Origin: Eledone cirrhosa
Taxonomy: Eukaryota
Reading direction: 5' to 3'
DNA: 64,000 nt
Assembly (NCBI GenBank): GCA_964016885.1
Contig: OZ024740.1
Location: 329,778,001-329,842,000 of the forward strand
The position numbers and the translations under genes were made by a program. Shown in pieces: positions 1 to 13,400 of this stretch. The notes under the pieces are model-generated. The model was not told the DNA's origin. It saw nothing but the letters and a program-made list of their open reading frames with translations, and searched no databases. Every line of letters begins with the position of its first letter. Position 1 is the stretch's first letter.

Positions 1-406
1 ATTTCCCATATTTATATCTTCCATATTCCTCAAACCTTTTCTCCATTTTTCTCACAGATAAATATTCATTAAACTATTCTTTTCTGAAATCCCCATCACT
101 AAAATAACTTGAAGCAGTTCCGTAAACATGTTCTTATCTGTGAGTCACTCATACTTAAATTGAAACATTTCTACAGAAAAGAACCAAAGTAGTCCCCAAT
201 TTGCATAAATCTTCATCAGAATTTCGATTATAAATCAGCGTGCGAGTATTTATTTTTGTTATTGATGTAAGCAGCTCTTTCGCTAAATTCTTGATATTCC
301 AGGTTCTTCTAATTTTATTATGTCTGGCAGTACCTCTAATCTTTATAATTTCAAGATATGTTCCCGCTACATCTATATTGCAATAGTTTCCTCTGTAATT
401 ATATAT

Positions 407-592
407 TTGTTTCTACTTTAGACACAAGGCCAGCAATTACCCAGTTCATTACTGGTACTTTATTTTATCGACCTCGTAAGGATGAAAGGCAAAGTCAACC
501 TCGGCGGGATTTGAACTCAGATCGTAAAGGGACGTAAGTATGCTGGAAATCATGGCGTCCGACCCTCTACCGATACTGCCAATCCACCGCCT
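407..592 (-). mobile_element. tRNA-derived SINE (family 1)
   Basis: Minus strand starts aggcggtggattggcagtatcgg (A-box-like) and contains gagttcaaatccc (B-box); many homologous copies in window; attatatat flanks both sides (TSD-like). Confidence 0.85.
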
Positions 593-3500
593 GATTATAT
601 ATTGCCATTTAATAACGCGTAACATTCTGCTAAATATATTGTAAAACTTAAAATATGCGCCATCTATGTATTCATAACTATAAAAATACCGTCTGCTCTT
701 ACAGTCAATTTACTTCGTTTATAACGTTGGTAATAAACTCAGAATATTGCTCATCGACGGCCGAATGTTTAGCTTGTCCAAGGATATTCTTTTTCCACTG
801 CAAAATGTATCACGCACTATGAAAATCCAAATAAATATGACTTCTTGAAGAAATCCAAGTCTAACATTGTTTCAGTGACTCGTGTGTTGTTGATATCGGC
901 AGAGTGTCAGTCTCTCCCCACATTTGATCATCGGTTTCAATATATAAATACATCTGTTCCTTCATATATATATTTGACTTAATCATTGGTAACCATATGA
1001 TATGCTAATATCTGGTAACGAAACAGTGATAAACGTCTAGATTTTAGGCTGGTTTCTCACATCACGAGTGAAAAGCATGTATTTCAGCAAGAAGCGTTCA
1101 ATATGCTACATATATTTATATATTTCCATCTGGCACCTATATTACGTGCAATTTACATGTCAATGGTTGAATTAGATTTGTTGACAAAACACATTATGCA
1201 GTGATTAGTACTGGTGTTTTAACTTAATGTAGAATCTGTAAATCTCAAAATCTGCTTAGGATCCAATTTATTATTCTATTATGCTTCATAAATCTGAAGG
1301 ACCACTTCAAAGGGTCGAGTTGTAGAACATAAAATCATGGAATTAAATATGCAATATTTGGTTTTCTATAGTTGATCCAAATTTCATCAACAACGATACT
1401 TGAAAATGTAATTCCACTCCAGCTTGCTTCAGACAAAAGCAACCTTGTTGAAAAATCCAGAAATCTTTCTTTAGATTATTGGAAAACAGAGGGCGTCATT
1501 CAAATCTTCCAACTGGATCGATATCTGAAAAAAACAAATGAAAAAAACAAACTATTCTTTGATTCATATCCCATTATATGCTGTTCAATAATAATCACAA
1601 TGCGTCTAATATCATTTTAAATTATGATATTGATTTTGAAATAAAATAGCTATATTAGAAGTTTTGATTCCATAATCTCACATTTTAGGGAATTAAAATT
1701 GTTGTCCTTGAGAACTCATATTTTCATTGCAAATGAATTTGCTTTACGATACTCCAAGACATAACTGCGTACAATCATCACTAATGTGAGATTAAACATC
1801 ATGCCTTTTCTGTTTAACAACAAACCCTGAAATTGCAACTCTAAGATGAAAGCATCCAGTCGCTTCGAAACCTATTCAGTTCCGATTTAATTAAAACAGA
1901 TTGTATGGTTCGGATTTAATCACCGGGGGCAGAACAAGCCTCCTGTAGTGTAATAATATTTTGATGCTTGTATTCTTGAACAACCGCAAAAAAAAAAGAT
2001 GTTCAAGAGATGATAGCCATGTCACTAGCAATAATAAACCTATCCATATCATCCGCATATTTTGTTTTGTTTCAAAACGCCTCAAGCATTTCATTGTGTA
2101 AGAAATGGAGAATTCAGACTATTTATATTTCAATATAAATGTACAATATGTATTTAATTCAATGTGTCGGAAATGTTACTAATTTTCTTTTTCCTGATTC
2201 AAGTTTAGAATATTTAGATATGTTTTTTAAAAAGAAAGGAGACATATATCTGTTAATTGCAACATTTTATTTCAGTTCCAAACGTTTTCAAGTTGACCTC
2301 ATATATAACCTGGAGCCAAACCCTTCAAAAATTAAACCTTAGAAAAGATAATATAATATTGTGTTTGAAATGCGGTTTTAATGAATTAGTTCCCTTCAAT
2401 AAAATTCTTAAGCTTATTCTTGAACAAATTTCGAGTTACTTAAACACTCAATAAATCAACGTTCAACATTCAATGAGCTGTTTAAATGGAGGCAATGAAT
2501 AATTCATTTCTCAGAAGCGAACACTCTCGCTTCTAATACGATTAATAAAACAATCTATAATCACATGTATGTCAAAAACAATCCAAGCTCAACTAAATTA
2601 GGTATATTTACTGCTCTGTTTAATATTCTTAATTTTTTCCTTATTCCATCCTCTGTCAACACGTCAACCGATATTTCTGGAAATATCTTTCCCGATATTC
2701 AAACGAAGTGCAATCACCTATATGTCTCTACTGTAAAATCAGCATATAAATTTCGACAGTACACATGAGAGAGATTTTTTTTTTTTTTTTAAATCAAAAA
2801 TATCGTTAACGTTTACATAATTCTTTGCAAGCCCTCATTTTGCATGATTTGCTCTTTGAAACAGAAATTTATATATTACAATGTAAAACCAAAATTGGCG
2901 AAAACAAAGAATTTTGCTTTTTAATTAGTAAATACTAATGGGACGTGAATACTACGAATTTGATCTTAGGTCTGCATTTTCTAGGACCTCATGCCTAGTC
3001 TCCGGAATTCGTTACTTGCTGGTGTGAGATTCGCGAATGGAATTGTTCTTCCAACGCGACCGCCTCATCAGCCTCCGGGGAAACGACTTCTGTATTTTGT
3101 CCACCGGGGCTGTGTGTCGGCCAGTGTCATAGGCTATCATTTGTTAAATAATAGTGAGGGTTGGGTTTAATGGGAGAAACGGAGGCAGTGACCGGGGACT
3201 TTCGTTCCATTTTATTCAGACCTGGTATATAAGTATACATTTATTTACTACACCATATACTTTATAGTTACAAGCGAGTACATCTTCAATTGGAAAATTA
3301 AAATATAAAGGTTAATGTGCTTCAATTAAGGATAATATTAATGGTACAATCTCTCAGACATATTTCTTTTCTGGCCTAAAATATTTCATTAACCAAAACG
3401 TATCAATTCTATGAAAAAGAGACGAAAAATATTTGAAACATTGGCAAATATTAGAAAAGAGAATTGGTTGAGAGAATCATAAGAAGATGAGTCATGTGAC

Positions 3501-4195
3501 ATGATTAATAATTCGGTTACAATTTGTAGAATGGTTTATTAGATTTACAGGCGCCTGTATTTGATATTTGTAAGCAATAAATTTACACAATTAATCAGCA
3601 AATTGAAAATATCTTTTCACACCAAAGCAATAGTTTAAGTTAAGAGAATATTTATCGTTTTGCGACAAAACATATAATTTCATATTTCAAATATAACGGA
3701 AAATTATTTATATCGTTTTAAAAAATATTTGAGGATTTACTACAAGAACAATTATAGGCTCCTATGGTATGTCTGCTTTCGCTGACTAAACTATCATGTA
3801 CTTGCTTTTTCTTTCTCGATACTTGGATTATTAAGGTCAACTACACTGATCCTTTTCAGAGCAGCCAAGCCTGATGCGGGGCCGGGGTGTATACGAAAGC
3901 CCAGGCCCAGCTCAGATGGTGAATAGGGCAGAGTATTCAAATGGTTGGCGTTGGTACAAGACTCACACAGGCAAACACGTACACACATACATACTGCAGC
4001 AACATACACAGACAGAGACACAGACACAAACAGACACACACGCACACAAAAACACAGACACATACACACACATATATATATGTATATAAACGTTTGAATA
4101 TGTATAATAAAACCAAAACAATGCAGGTATGGACATAGAAAAAAGAAGAATGCAATTGCAAAAGATATTGTTGACAATTCGTCTTTTACCTTAGA

Positions 4196-4252
4196 TTTAT
4201 TTTAAACGTCCTTAATTTTCGAGATAATATCTCTTCTTCAGAGGGAAATAAA
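4196..4252 (-). ncRNA. Minimal type-I hammerhead ribozyme in 3' pLTR
   Basis: tttattt-c-cct CTGAAGA a gagat-att-atctc GAAA AT TA agg-acgttta-aaataaa. Confidence 0.7.
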
Positions 4253-4658
4253 GGTCTCAAACCAGCGTTCTAAATATCTTGCCAAGCCATGCTGACAGGA
4301 AATAGTATAGAGTATCTGTTCTATCTCTAATGTCAAAGAGTTAAAATTAGGTGGATAAAGAGTAGTCTCCCTTTAAAAGGGGTTTGTTTAGGTTTTTTTT
4401 TATTTTTTATTTTTTTTTTATATACATGCCTGTTTAAGTGTGTGGGAGAATGCATGAAGGTGTAAGTATGTGAGTGTGTGTGTGTGAGTGTGAGAAGATA
4501 AGTCTATTCGTAAATGTCGGGGATAGGTGTTATCTGGTGTTAGAACTGGTTTTGTGTGTGTATGTGTGAGAGAGAATAAGTGGAGGTGTAAGCGTGTGTG
4601 TGTGTGTGCGTGCGTGTGTGTGTGTATGGGGTGTGTAAATATGGGACTAGAAGCCCTA

Positions 4659-7238
4659 TCAGGTTATAAATTGGGTGTTGAGTTCTAGTCTATTATTGAT
4701 AGGTGGTTGTGTTTTATCTATAATTAGTGCTGCCTTAATTCTAAGATTGCCGAGGTTTCTTTCCTTAGTTTCTATCCTGACTGTTATGGTTTTGTCGTTT
4801 TTTTTTGCATTTAACTAGGTGTTTCTTAAATGAGGAAGCGTTAGTATTGAGGTGTTCTTTTATTCTTATGTGGAGTGGTCTGGTGGTCCTACCTACGTAG
4901 AAGTTGTTGCATTTGTCACACTCTAGTCTGTATACGACGTAAGCCTGGTGGCATAGGTCTGTGTCGTTGATGGGGCAGTTGGCTAGTCTGCAGCAGTTGT
5001 CATGTCTGGTGGAGTGTCTTTTGGCTAGCTGTCCGCGCAGAGAAGGACCTGAGTGGGCCAGTTGGATATCTAGTCGTTCTCGTCTGATGGCTCTGCGGAT
5101 GGCTGTTGTTTCTTCACTGAAGTGTCGGAGCTTCAGGAAGCAAGTATTAGTGCCTCGAGTGTGGTGTCCTCTGTTCTTTCTGGCACGGTTTGTGGTGGAT
5201 GTCGTGTATCCGTTCAGTTTGAGTACTTCCAGGAAATGTGTGGTGTGTGTGTCTCGGTCTCTACCGTCGGTGCATTTGTTCCGGATACGTTCCAGTTCGT
5301 TCCTTATGTATCCGAACTTGGCACCGAGTGAGAGGGCCGATCTGAAATGTACGAACAGGTCCCTGCTGGCGGCTTTTTTATAGAAGCAGGTGTGGATGTA
5401 GCCTTCCTCTGTTACCCTGAGTTGGAAGTCCAGTAGGGATAGGGATCTGCGGTCATCGGGGTGTTCCATGCTGAACTTTATACTGGCGTCCATGCTGGAG
5501 AATGTTGTGTACATTTTACCTGCCTCCTCACGGGATGATGTGAGGATGAGTATGTCATCTACATATCGGGTGAAGAAGGCATGGGAATGGCAGGTGTTGA
5601 GGGCTCGGCATTCTAGCTGGTTCATGTAGGTGATGGCCAGCAGGCCCGATAGGCTGGATCCCATGGGTAATCCTGTTGTCTGTCTGTATGTGTGGTGGTG
5701 GAAGGTGAAGTACCTGTTGTCTACTGTGAAGGACAAAAGCTGGTGTATGTCCGTCGGGTGGAGGCCGTAGCAGTGGATGTTCTCTGCGACCACGCAGTCC
5801 GTCAATAAATCGACAGCTGGATGAGCGGGGACTGTAGTGTAGAGTGAGGCAACGTCGAGGCTAAAAGCGTATTTATTTAGTTTAAGTTGTTCTGGCTGGA
5901 GTTGGTGTAGTCTACGTATAACTTCGTCGGAGCTACTGACATGCCCGCGAAAGGTGGAGAGTAGAGGCTTGGGGACCTGGGAGAGGAGCCAGGAAATGTT
6001 GTATAGGGTTCCTTCTATGCTAGAGACGATGGGTCTTATTTGCGTGTTAGTGCTATTCTTGTGGGTCTTGATGAGGTGGTAGAAAGTGGGCAGTCTGCTA
6101 TTTCTAGTGGTGTAGTTGAGCTTAACTTTATTTGGGAGCTGTCTTCTCCTACAGATATCGAACCAAATGGAGTTGGTCTGTTTTTCGATCTGGGTTGCAG
6201 TCATGTCCGGGATCCCTGTGTATAATTCATTGTCGCTAAGGTGTTCAAAGGCTAGGTTATTGTATGTGGCTTGAGAGATGACGCAAAACTCTTTACCTTT
6301 GTCGGATGGTAAGTATATAAGTTCCCTATTCCGTAGGTTCTTCAGGGAGAGTTGTTGTGTGCTGGAGAGGTTTGGGGCTATCTTCTTCTGTTTCCGTAAG
6401 ATGTTAAATACGGAATGTTTTAGTCTCGAGAATTTTTCTTCAAGCTCGCGGTTGGCAGGCGGTGGACAGAGTGGGCGATCAAGTTGGTATATCGGGAATC
6501 TGGGTTTGATATATTCCGTGGTGTTGTTGCCGAGAGTCGATATCCATTTTAGTTGGTAGGCAGCCCGACAGAAATTCGTTTCTATGTCGAGCCATAGTTT
6601 GTCGTCCAGTCTCTGTTTCAATATGAACTTGGGACCCAGGCTGAGGAGGTCTAATTCCTCTCGGGAGAGGGATCCTGTCAAGTCTGTGACGAGTTGTTTT
6701 GCGTCAGGTGTGTGTTGGTGGGGGTACCGCTAGGTTCGGTGTTGGTACCGTCTTGTTCGTCTCTGTTGGTGCTTAGAGTTGGGATGCTGTTAAGACAGTT
6801 GGCCGTCCTGAGTTTGAGAAATTTTTGCGTTAGACGTATTTTCTCGTCGTCTCGGCGATAGTGGTATGACCTGTTTATAGTGGCGGAGATGACTCTGGAC
6901 AGAGGTTGTGGGGTTTCAGCGAGTTGTGGTACAAGGCTGGAAATAGTCCGTATGTGATGTTGTAGCGTGCGGTGTAGGTGATGTATGAGTTTTCTTAGAC
7001 AGAATTTTTGTATGTAACTAAGTGATCGTTTGAGGCCTGGTGATTTGAAGCATGTTGGTAGGTGCAAATTTTTGATAGTTTTGGGAATGATGTTGTTATT
7101 CAGGCATCGTTTTAGGAAGTTTATTTGGCAGCCGGCTTTGGCGTGCTTTTCAGATAGCTGGAAGAGTTTCTTTACAGTTATGAACTGGGCCTGGCTCAGG
7201 CGTAAGGAAAGGAGGAGGTTATAGTTCACTTGAAGCAT
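4659..7238 (-). pseudogene. PLE polyprotein (N-terminal domain + RT + GIY-YIG endonuclease), two frameshifts
   Basis: FLKRCLNNNIIPK, LSLGPKF, PSDKG, LIKTHK, RPIVS, SLDVASLYT, GLPMGSSLSG, RYVDD, VVYRLEC..YVGRTTRPLHIRIKEH; frameshift near 6681-6730 and in A-run near 4800, alternative frame continues LRIKAALII..PPINNRLEL to stop near 4659. Confidence 0.9.
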
Positions 7239-7361
7239 TGTGTAATGAGGTATAAACGTTTGAATATGTATAATAAAGCCAAACAAATGCAGGTATGGAC
7301 ATAGAAAAAAGAAGAATGCAATTGCAAAAGATATTGTTGACAATTCGTCTTTTACCTTAGA

Positions 7362-7418
7362 TTTATTTTAAACGTCCTTAATTTTCGAGATAATATCTCT
7401 TCTTCAGAGGGAAATAAA
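7362..7418 (-). ncRNA. Minimal type-I hammerhead ribozyme in 5' pLTR
   Basis: Identical copy of motif at 4196-4252. Confidence 0.7.
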
Positions 7419-7618
7419 GGTCTCAAACCAGCGTTCTAAATATCTTGCCAAGCCATGCTGACAGGAAATAGTATAGAGTATATGTTCTATCTCTAATGTC
7501 AAAGAGTTAAAATTAGGTGGATATATATAGTAATAATAAAGTTTTGCAAGGTTTTTGCTATGTACGTTTTTTTTTTTTTCTGGCAATATTATAACAATAT
7601 GACACTCCCCAAGAATAA

Positions 7619-7659
<41 letters not shown>

Positions 7660-7660
<1 letters not shown>

Positions 7661-8425
7661 TTGCACACGGCACCAGGCAGAAATATTTCTTTCATCATCC
7701 GCTCTCATCTGGGAATGGTGTTGTATGGCGTCAGACTGTGATTTAAACCCGGGAATTTTATATTCTCCGACGGAGAAGAGCCTTCTGAAGATTACTCCAT
7801 TCTCAATGAAAATCTGCTTGGATTTTCCGTTTAGTCTGGAGCATAAAACCGCGGTAATGGCACATATAGTAAGTACAGCGAATTTTTAAAAATTTATTTA
7901 AAAATTTTTCTCTATTTGCTAGACCTCGATTTTATATATTCTGGCTTGTTAATTTATTAACTCGCCATAGAACCACATTGGCATACGGTTGTATAATACT
8001 TGTTTCCCTATATGTATGTTTTACACGTAAAAATTCATACTTTATTATTATTGATCTCCCCCTAAGGTACAGATAAAATGTTGGCCGTTTGGACTGTTGC
8101 TATTTCTAGTGGCAGGACATTGACCTGTCCACTCTGCCTTTTGTCTTTGCAAAAGGCACCAGACAGAATTATTTCTTTCATCATCCGCTCTCATTTAGGA
8201 ATGGTTTTGTATGGCGTTAATTTGTGATTTGAACTCGGGAATTTTATATTCTCCGAGGGAGAAGAACCTCTTGAAGATTGCTCCCTTCTCAATGACAATC
8301 CGCTTGGATTTTCCGTTTATTCTGGAACATGAAAACGCGGTAAAGGCACATATAGTAAGTACAGCGAATTTTTTAAAATATATTTTAAAACCTTTTCTCT
8401 ATTTGCTAGACCCCAATTTTATATA
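7660..8425. repeat. Diverged ~280-bp direct duplication (7660-7940, 8148-8425), unclassified
   Basis: ggcaccaggcagaaatatttctttcatcatccgctctcat...gtacagcgaatttt repeated with substitutions. Confidence 0.75.
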
Positions 8426-8431
8426 TATTTA

Positions 8432-10125
8432 TTTGTTTTGCGAGGTTTTTGATATGAAATCGTGTGTCGAAACAAATATTGTTATACTTCGGGAGGGTTA
8501 TATTGTTGTAATAATATTGCCAGAATTAATAACAGAACACACTCACTGTTTGGTTGTTTTTCGCCTCTGTATATTTTATATCAGTTAATTCATTCGGTCC
8601 TCAATGTTTACCATTGACTGACCAACGGTAAAAAATACAGATATAATATAGATATAAACAGATATATATAGTCTAACAAATTTTTTTCGCTGCACATCTG
8701 CAACATCGTCAATGGTGCTATTATCTTCTTCCTGTTGTATTGTATATCTACACATATTTATTTTATCTGTTTATTTATTTATTTATTTTTGTCTTCTTCT
8801 CTGCGCATGCGTTTGCGTGTGTGCATAGTGTTTGGTGTGTGTTTGCGTTTGGGAGACTGTATTTTGGTTATTGTATTCTATCTTAGTTTACTAGTGAGTG
8901 CGTATATGTGTTTGTGGTTATTGTGCTTGTGTATATATATATTTATTTATTTATTTACTTATTTATTTATTTATTTATATTCCTCTTAAGTCAGTATTGT
9001 TTGTTTGGGTGTTGTTATTCCATTCTTTTTTTTCTGTTTAGCTTTGGTCTTCTAAGTTCTATTTCACTTGCCTCTCTGATTTGCCTATCTGCTGGGTCAT
9101 TTCTATGTTTAGATATTATTCTAATTTCTATGTTGTCTCTGTTACCGTCATGTTCTTGTCTGGCGTGTTCGTATAGTACTGAACCATTTTTTCGTCCTTT
9201 TAGTTTCCACAGTGTTGGTCTATCCTTTCAACTATGCTACCAGCTGTCTCGCCTGTATATGTTGTTGTCATGTTTCTGCAAGTTCCCTCAGTACATCTTA
9301 TGCTATAGACTACGTTTCTAGATTTACAGTTTATCCGGGGGTTTACTTTACATATAATACATTTCCTTTTAGTACAGGGGGTTTTCTTAAAAGGGTATGT
9401 TTTGTTTATCAGGGATGTTATGGTAGTTCCTGGCTTTTCTACTACACCAATCTTTAAGTGGGCCTTTCTCAGGGCATTTCTACACTGGTTAGATAATTTA
9501 TCTCCTGGGTTAGCGTCCACGAACATGACAGAGAACTTCATGCGGTTGATGAAGTGTTGGATGTGGCTCTCCATTTCTGTTGGGTCGCACATGCAGGAAA
9601 CGTTCTTCATCACTCGTACCATGTCTGTGATCAGAATATTAAACTTAGCACTACTGGACATTGATGAGTTTTTGAGTATCAGGTATTTGGAGGCCATGGG
9701 TTTAGCGTAGTGTGAGTGGAGAATTTGGGCCCTCTCGTCTATAGTGTTAATCCAGAGTTCCGTGTCTAATATAGGGACTCTACTGTTGGTAGGGTGTTTG
9801 GAAGTGTAGTCGATAATTACAGTATACTCTGGTGTATGGAATTAGCTATCTACTGGATGGTTTCCATTGTGCTACATTCTAAATCATACTTGTCAGTACG
9901 CTCTTGTGGGGGTGTCCTTATTACTATATTAATGTCGTCTAAGTAACGAGAGTACATGATGAGGTCTATGGAGCTCTAATCAAGGAGATATTTGAGTCTC
10001 CTTTCCCACCATACCATAAAAAGTTTGGCAACGTCACCAGCTATGCAGACGCCAATGGCTGCTCCCTCAATTTGGGTGTAGATCTTCTCGTTGAATTTGA
10101 ATATGTGGCCCTTTAGGGTAATTTT
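8432..10125 (-). mobile_element. 5'-truncated PLE family A (RT C-half + GIY-YIG + 3' tail), internal deletion near 9536
   Basis: EGAAIG, HSHYAKPMASKYLI, SVMFVDA, CKSRNVVYSIRC, YTGETAGSIVERI; homologous to 54056-56550. Confidence 0.88.
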
Positions 10126-10129
10126 AAAA

Positions 10130-11020
10130 ACGCATGCAGTTCTCTGGCTACAACCAAAGAGACAGAATCAGAGTATAGGAAGAAGCCACGGAGAAGTATA
10201 AGACACTTATAGAACTAGACATGAAAGGAATTTACCCACTATACAAGAGCAATCATGGACACGCTTAGATAGTACTAAACATAAGATAGGGAAAGCCACC
10301 TCATGGTATGACAACCAGAGATACCAGAGTGTGATGTTCGTGGACGCTACCCCTGCAGAAAAATTAGCTAACCAGTGTAGAAGGGCCCTGAGAAAGACCC
10401 ACCTAAAGATTAAAGTGTTAGAAAAGCCAGGAATACCATACAATCCCTGATCAGCAAAACATACCCTTTTAAGAGAACCCACCGTACTAAAAGGAAATGT
10501 ATTATATGTAAAGTAAAGCCCCGGATAAACTGTAAAACTAGAAACGTAGTCTATAGCATAAGATGTACAGATGGTACTTGCAGAAACATGACAACAACAT
10601 ATATAGGGGAGACAGCATATATCATAGGCGAAAGGATAGACTGGGGGAACTAAAGGGACGAAAAAACGTTTCAGTACTATACGAACACGCCAGACAACAA
10701 CACGACGGTAACATAGACATCATAGAAATTAAAATAATATCTAAACATAGAAATGACCCAGCAGATAGGCAAATCAGAGAGGCAAGTGAAATACAACTTA
10801 GAATACCAAAGCTAAACAGAAAAAAATGAATGGAATAACAACCACACCCAAACAAACAATACTGACTTAAGGGAAATATAAAATAATAAATAAATATGTA
10901 CACAAGCACAATAACAACAACCACATATAAGCACACACTAGTAAATTGAGATAGAATACAATAACTAAAACACAGTCATCCAAACGCGAACACACACCAA
11001 ACACTATACACACGTGTTTG
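10130..11020 (+). mobile_element. Inverted 3' fragment of PLE family A (thumb + GIY-YIG + part of 3' UTR)
   Basis: RMQFSGYNQRDR, SVLYEHARQQHDG, DRQIREASEIQLRIPKLNRK; inverted relative to 8432-10125. Confidence 0.85.
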
Positions 11021-11141
11021 TGTGTGTGTATATATATATATGGTATGTATGTATGTAAAGATAAACCGGTATAACAACACAATCGGTACAGTATATGGAA
11101 GGGATATATTAAGTTAACGCTTGATATAGCAGGAGGTGGGT

Positions 11142-11176
11142 CTTCACGTTTCGGACGAGTGTCCTAACACCAGAAG
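11142..11176 (-). ncRNA. Degenerate minimal hammerhead motif
   Basis: ctt CTGGTGT ta ggac-actc-gtcc GAAA CG TG aag; core has several mutations. Confidence 0.35.
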
Positions 11177-11339
11177 GAGGAAAGAGAAATAATATAGATT
11201 AAGGGGACGGGCGGGATAATTATGCGTTCAACTTTAAATCTACATCCGTTCGGTATATTTCTAGTACATCAATTAGAATTGTTTTAAAATACTTATACAC
11301 ACCTGGGAGGAGTCATTTTCGTTTTCTTCGTTCACTTAT

Positions 11340-11990
11340 TCAAGAGATGGTTGTGTCTTCAAACACTCCCTCCAGTTGGACCTGTCACACGTAACACTCT
11401 CCAACTGGTCCCACTGGATCCTAAAGAAAGACCAGCTGACCTCATGGATGTTCTTCATCCATCTTGTCGGGTGTCTGCTCAAGAGTCTCCTGCCGGTTGG
11501 TGCACTTAAAATATGTCAGTGATTCCATCCGCATACCCATCGTATAGGAGCTGTGATACATGTGAAACAGCGGCTCTAATTGGTGTGATATTCTCATCTC
11601 TGAGCTACACACTATATTGTGTAACATTAGTGTAAAGACTCATTAAAAGGATCCCATTTCCACCGCTTGTATTCTCGATCGTATTCATCTGGTCATTACC
11701 GAAGATTCATCCCCAGATGCAAGCATTGCCAAGAATACCGAATTAAAGGTAGCGAGTGTAGGTTTTTCATATATTACAGTAATGCGCCAGCTCCTGCTAT
11801 CCTTTCACTTAATTTAGTCTCCCGTCTTCCATCACACGTGAACACAGGTCCGGAACACTTGAAATCCTCTACTTGCTTGAGTGGAACTCAATCCACTTGT
11901 AGAGTACACGTCACAGACTTCCTTAAGTGGACAATGTTCTCAAATTTCGCAGCAGTGATTTTCAATCCAGTCATGGGAGGCATGTCAAAC
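11340..11990 (-). mobile_element. Degraded RTE-like LINE fragment
   Basis: Translation remnants LKQVEDFKCSGPVFTCDGRRETKLSERIAGAG; GC-richer than flanks. Confidence 0.55.
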
Positions 11991-12080
11991 TAATTCGAAT
12001 AATTCACCAAACCCATGTCCTGATATCTTACATAACATTAAAAATGTTTCATGAAGTGAATGTTATAGATGTTCCTTTTA

Positions 12081-12230
<150 letters not shown>

Positions 12231-12929
12231 TTCATATTCTCTCGACTTTTCATATTCCCTCGACTTTTATCTCTTTGCCTTACTATTCCCAATGAATGAA
12301 AAACAAATTCGATTGCAGCAATAAATATATAGTCAAAATGAAAATATAGACATTTAAATCTATCAAAAATTTGCTGATACATACATGAATGAATGAATGA
12401 AAGAAGAAATAAATAAATAAATAAATAGAAAATAAAACAGAGGGTCATGTATATGCCTATCGGGAATTACGCTTTGATTGGATAAAAACACTTTTTCGTT
12501 CATTGATTTTCTTTTTCTTGCATATGAATTTACGACGACATCAGTGGGACCTTTTGCAGTAGGAAATGTTACTATAAAATTAATGCAGAATAAGACAGTA
12601 GATTGAATTAAAAGAGATAATTGTAAATATATATCCAAAGACGCAAATGTTATAATATAAGTCATGCAGCCATATATGTAAAGACATATATGCAATGAAA
12701 ATTATTTCTGTAAATGATGTGTAATAGCACATTCTATCTAAATATATATTGCTTACCCATTTATGGTTTCTTTCTATGCTATCTCTTTATCGCTATGTAA
12801 TGAATAAACAGATTAGAACAAAGACTACGTTCATATATGCAGTTTTGAGACATTTTTACAGGCACTTTCAATTGACCTAGATAACTCTCACGCTAATAAT
12901 TTATTGATACTTTTGTAATAAGCTAAATT

Positions 12930-13400
12930 GCCAAGACCCAAGAATGCGAGGAAAAGCAGCAAGGGCATCGTCTACAACTACTGGGTTCCTAACAGCCAGA
13001 CAGTCAACAAATATTCCTATTTAGAGGTTTGGATGTTTGGAGGTCAGAAAGATATTTCGTCGAAAGAGACCAGAGGTCTTCAATTCTGGTCAGTGGCACC
13101 TTCACAAGGACAATGTATCCTGCAACAAATCCATCTTGGTAACCATCTACACGGCTTTATGAGGACTTCTGTAAGTTCTCGAAGCTGAAAATGAATCGCA
13201 GAGTATTCGCTTTGACGATTTGAAGTTAAAGGCGGATGCGAAAACGTCCTTGACAGCATCATTTAGAAGAACTACAAAGAGGCCTTCAAGAGGAGGCTAA
13301 AGGCTTCAAACAAGTGTATGGAACTTGGAGGATCCTAATCTAAGGAGAGTTAGTGTTTTGTGTTGATCTGAGTTAAGCCATTTCTGATAACAGTTTCAAA
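12930..13400 (+). mobile_element. Degraded mariner-type transposase fragment
   Basis: KGIVYNYWVPNSQTVNKYSYLEV resembles mariner GIVHHEFVPxGQTVNxxYYLEV. Confidence 0.6.

Larger units (their letters stand above)
4085..7523 (-). mobile_element. Near full-length Penelope-like retroelement with 273-bp direct pLTRs (4085-4357, 7251-7523)
   Basis: Near-identical direct repeats at offset 3166; internal RT + GIY-YIG reading frame; both ends abut TA repeats. Confidence 0.93.

Noticed and set aside
407-592. tRNA genes at SINE heads
   Set aside because: A/B boxes present but no cloverleaf; multi-copy with TSDs
3040-3080. Minus-strand CTGATGAG as hammerhead core
   Set aside because: No GAAA and no closing stems
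3794-4177. 127-aa ORF sharing its N-terminus with 6678-7343
   Set aside because: TTG start inside the pLTR reading into microsatellite flank; by-product of the duplication
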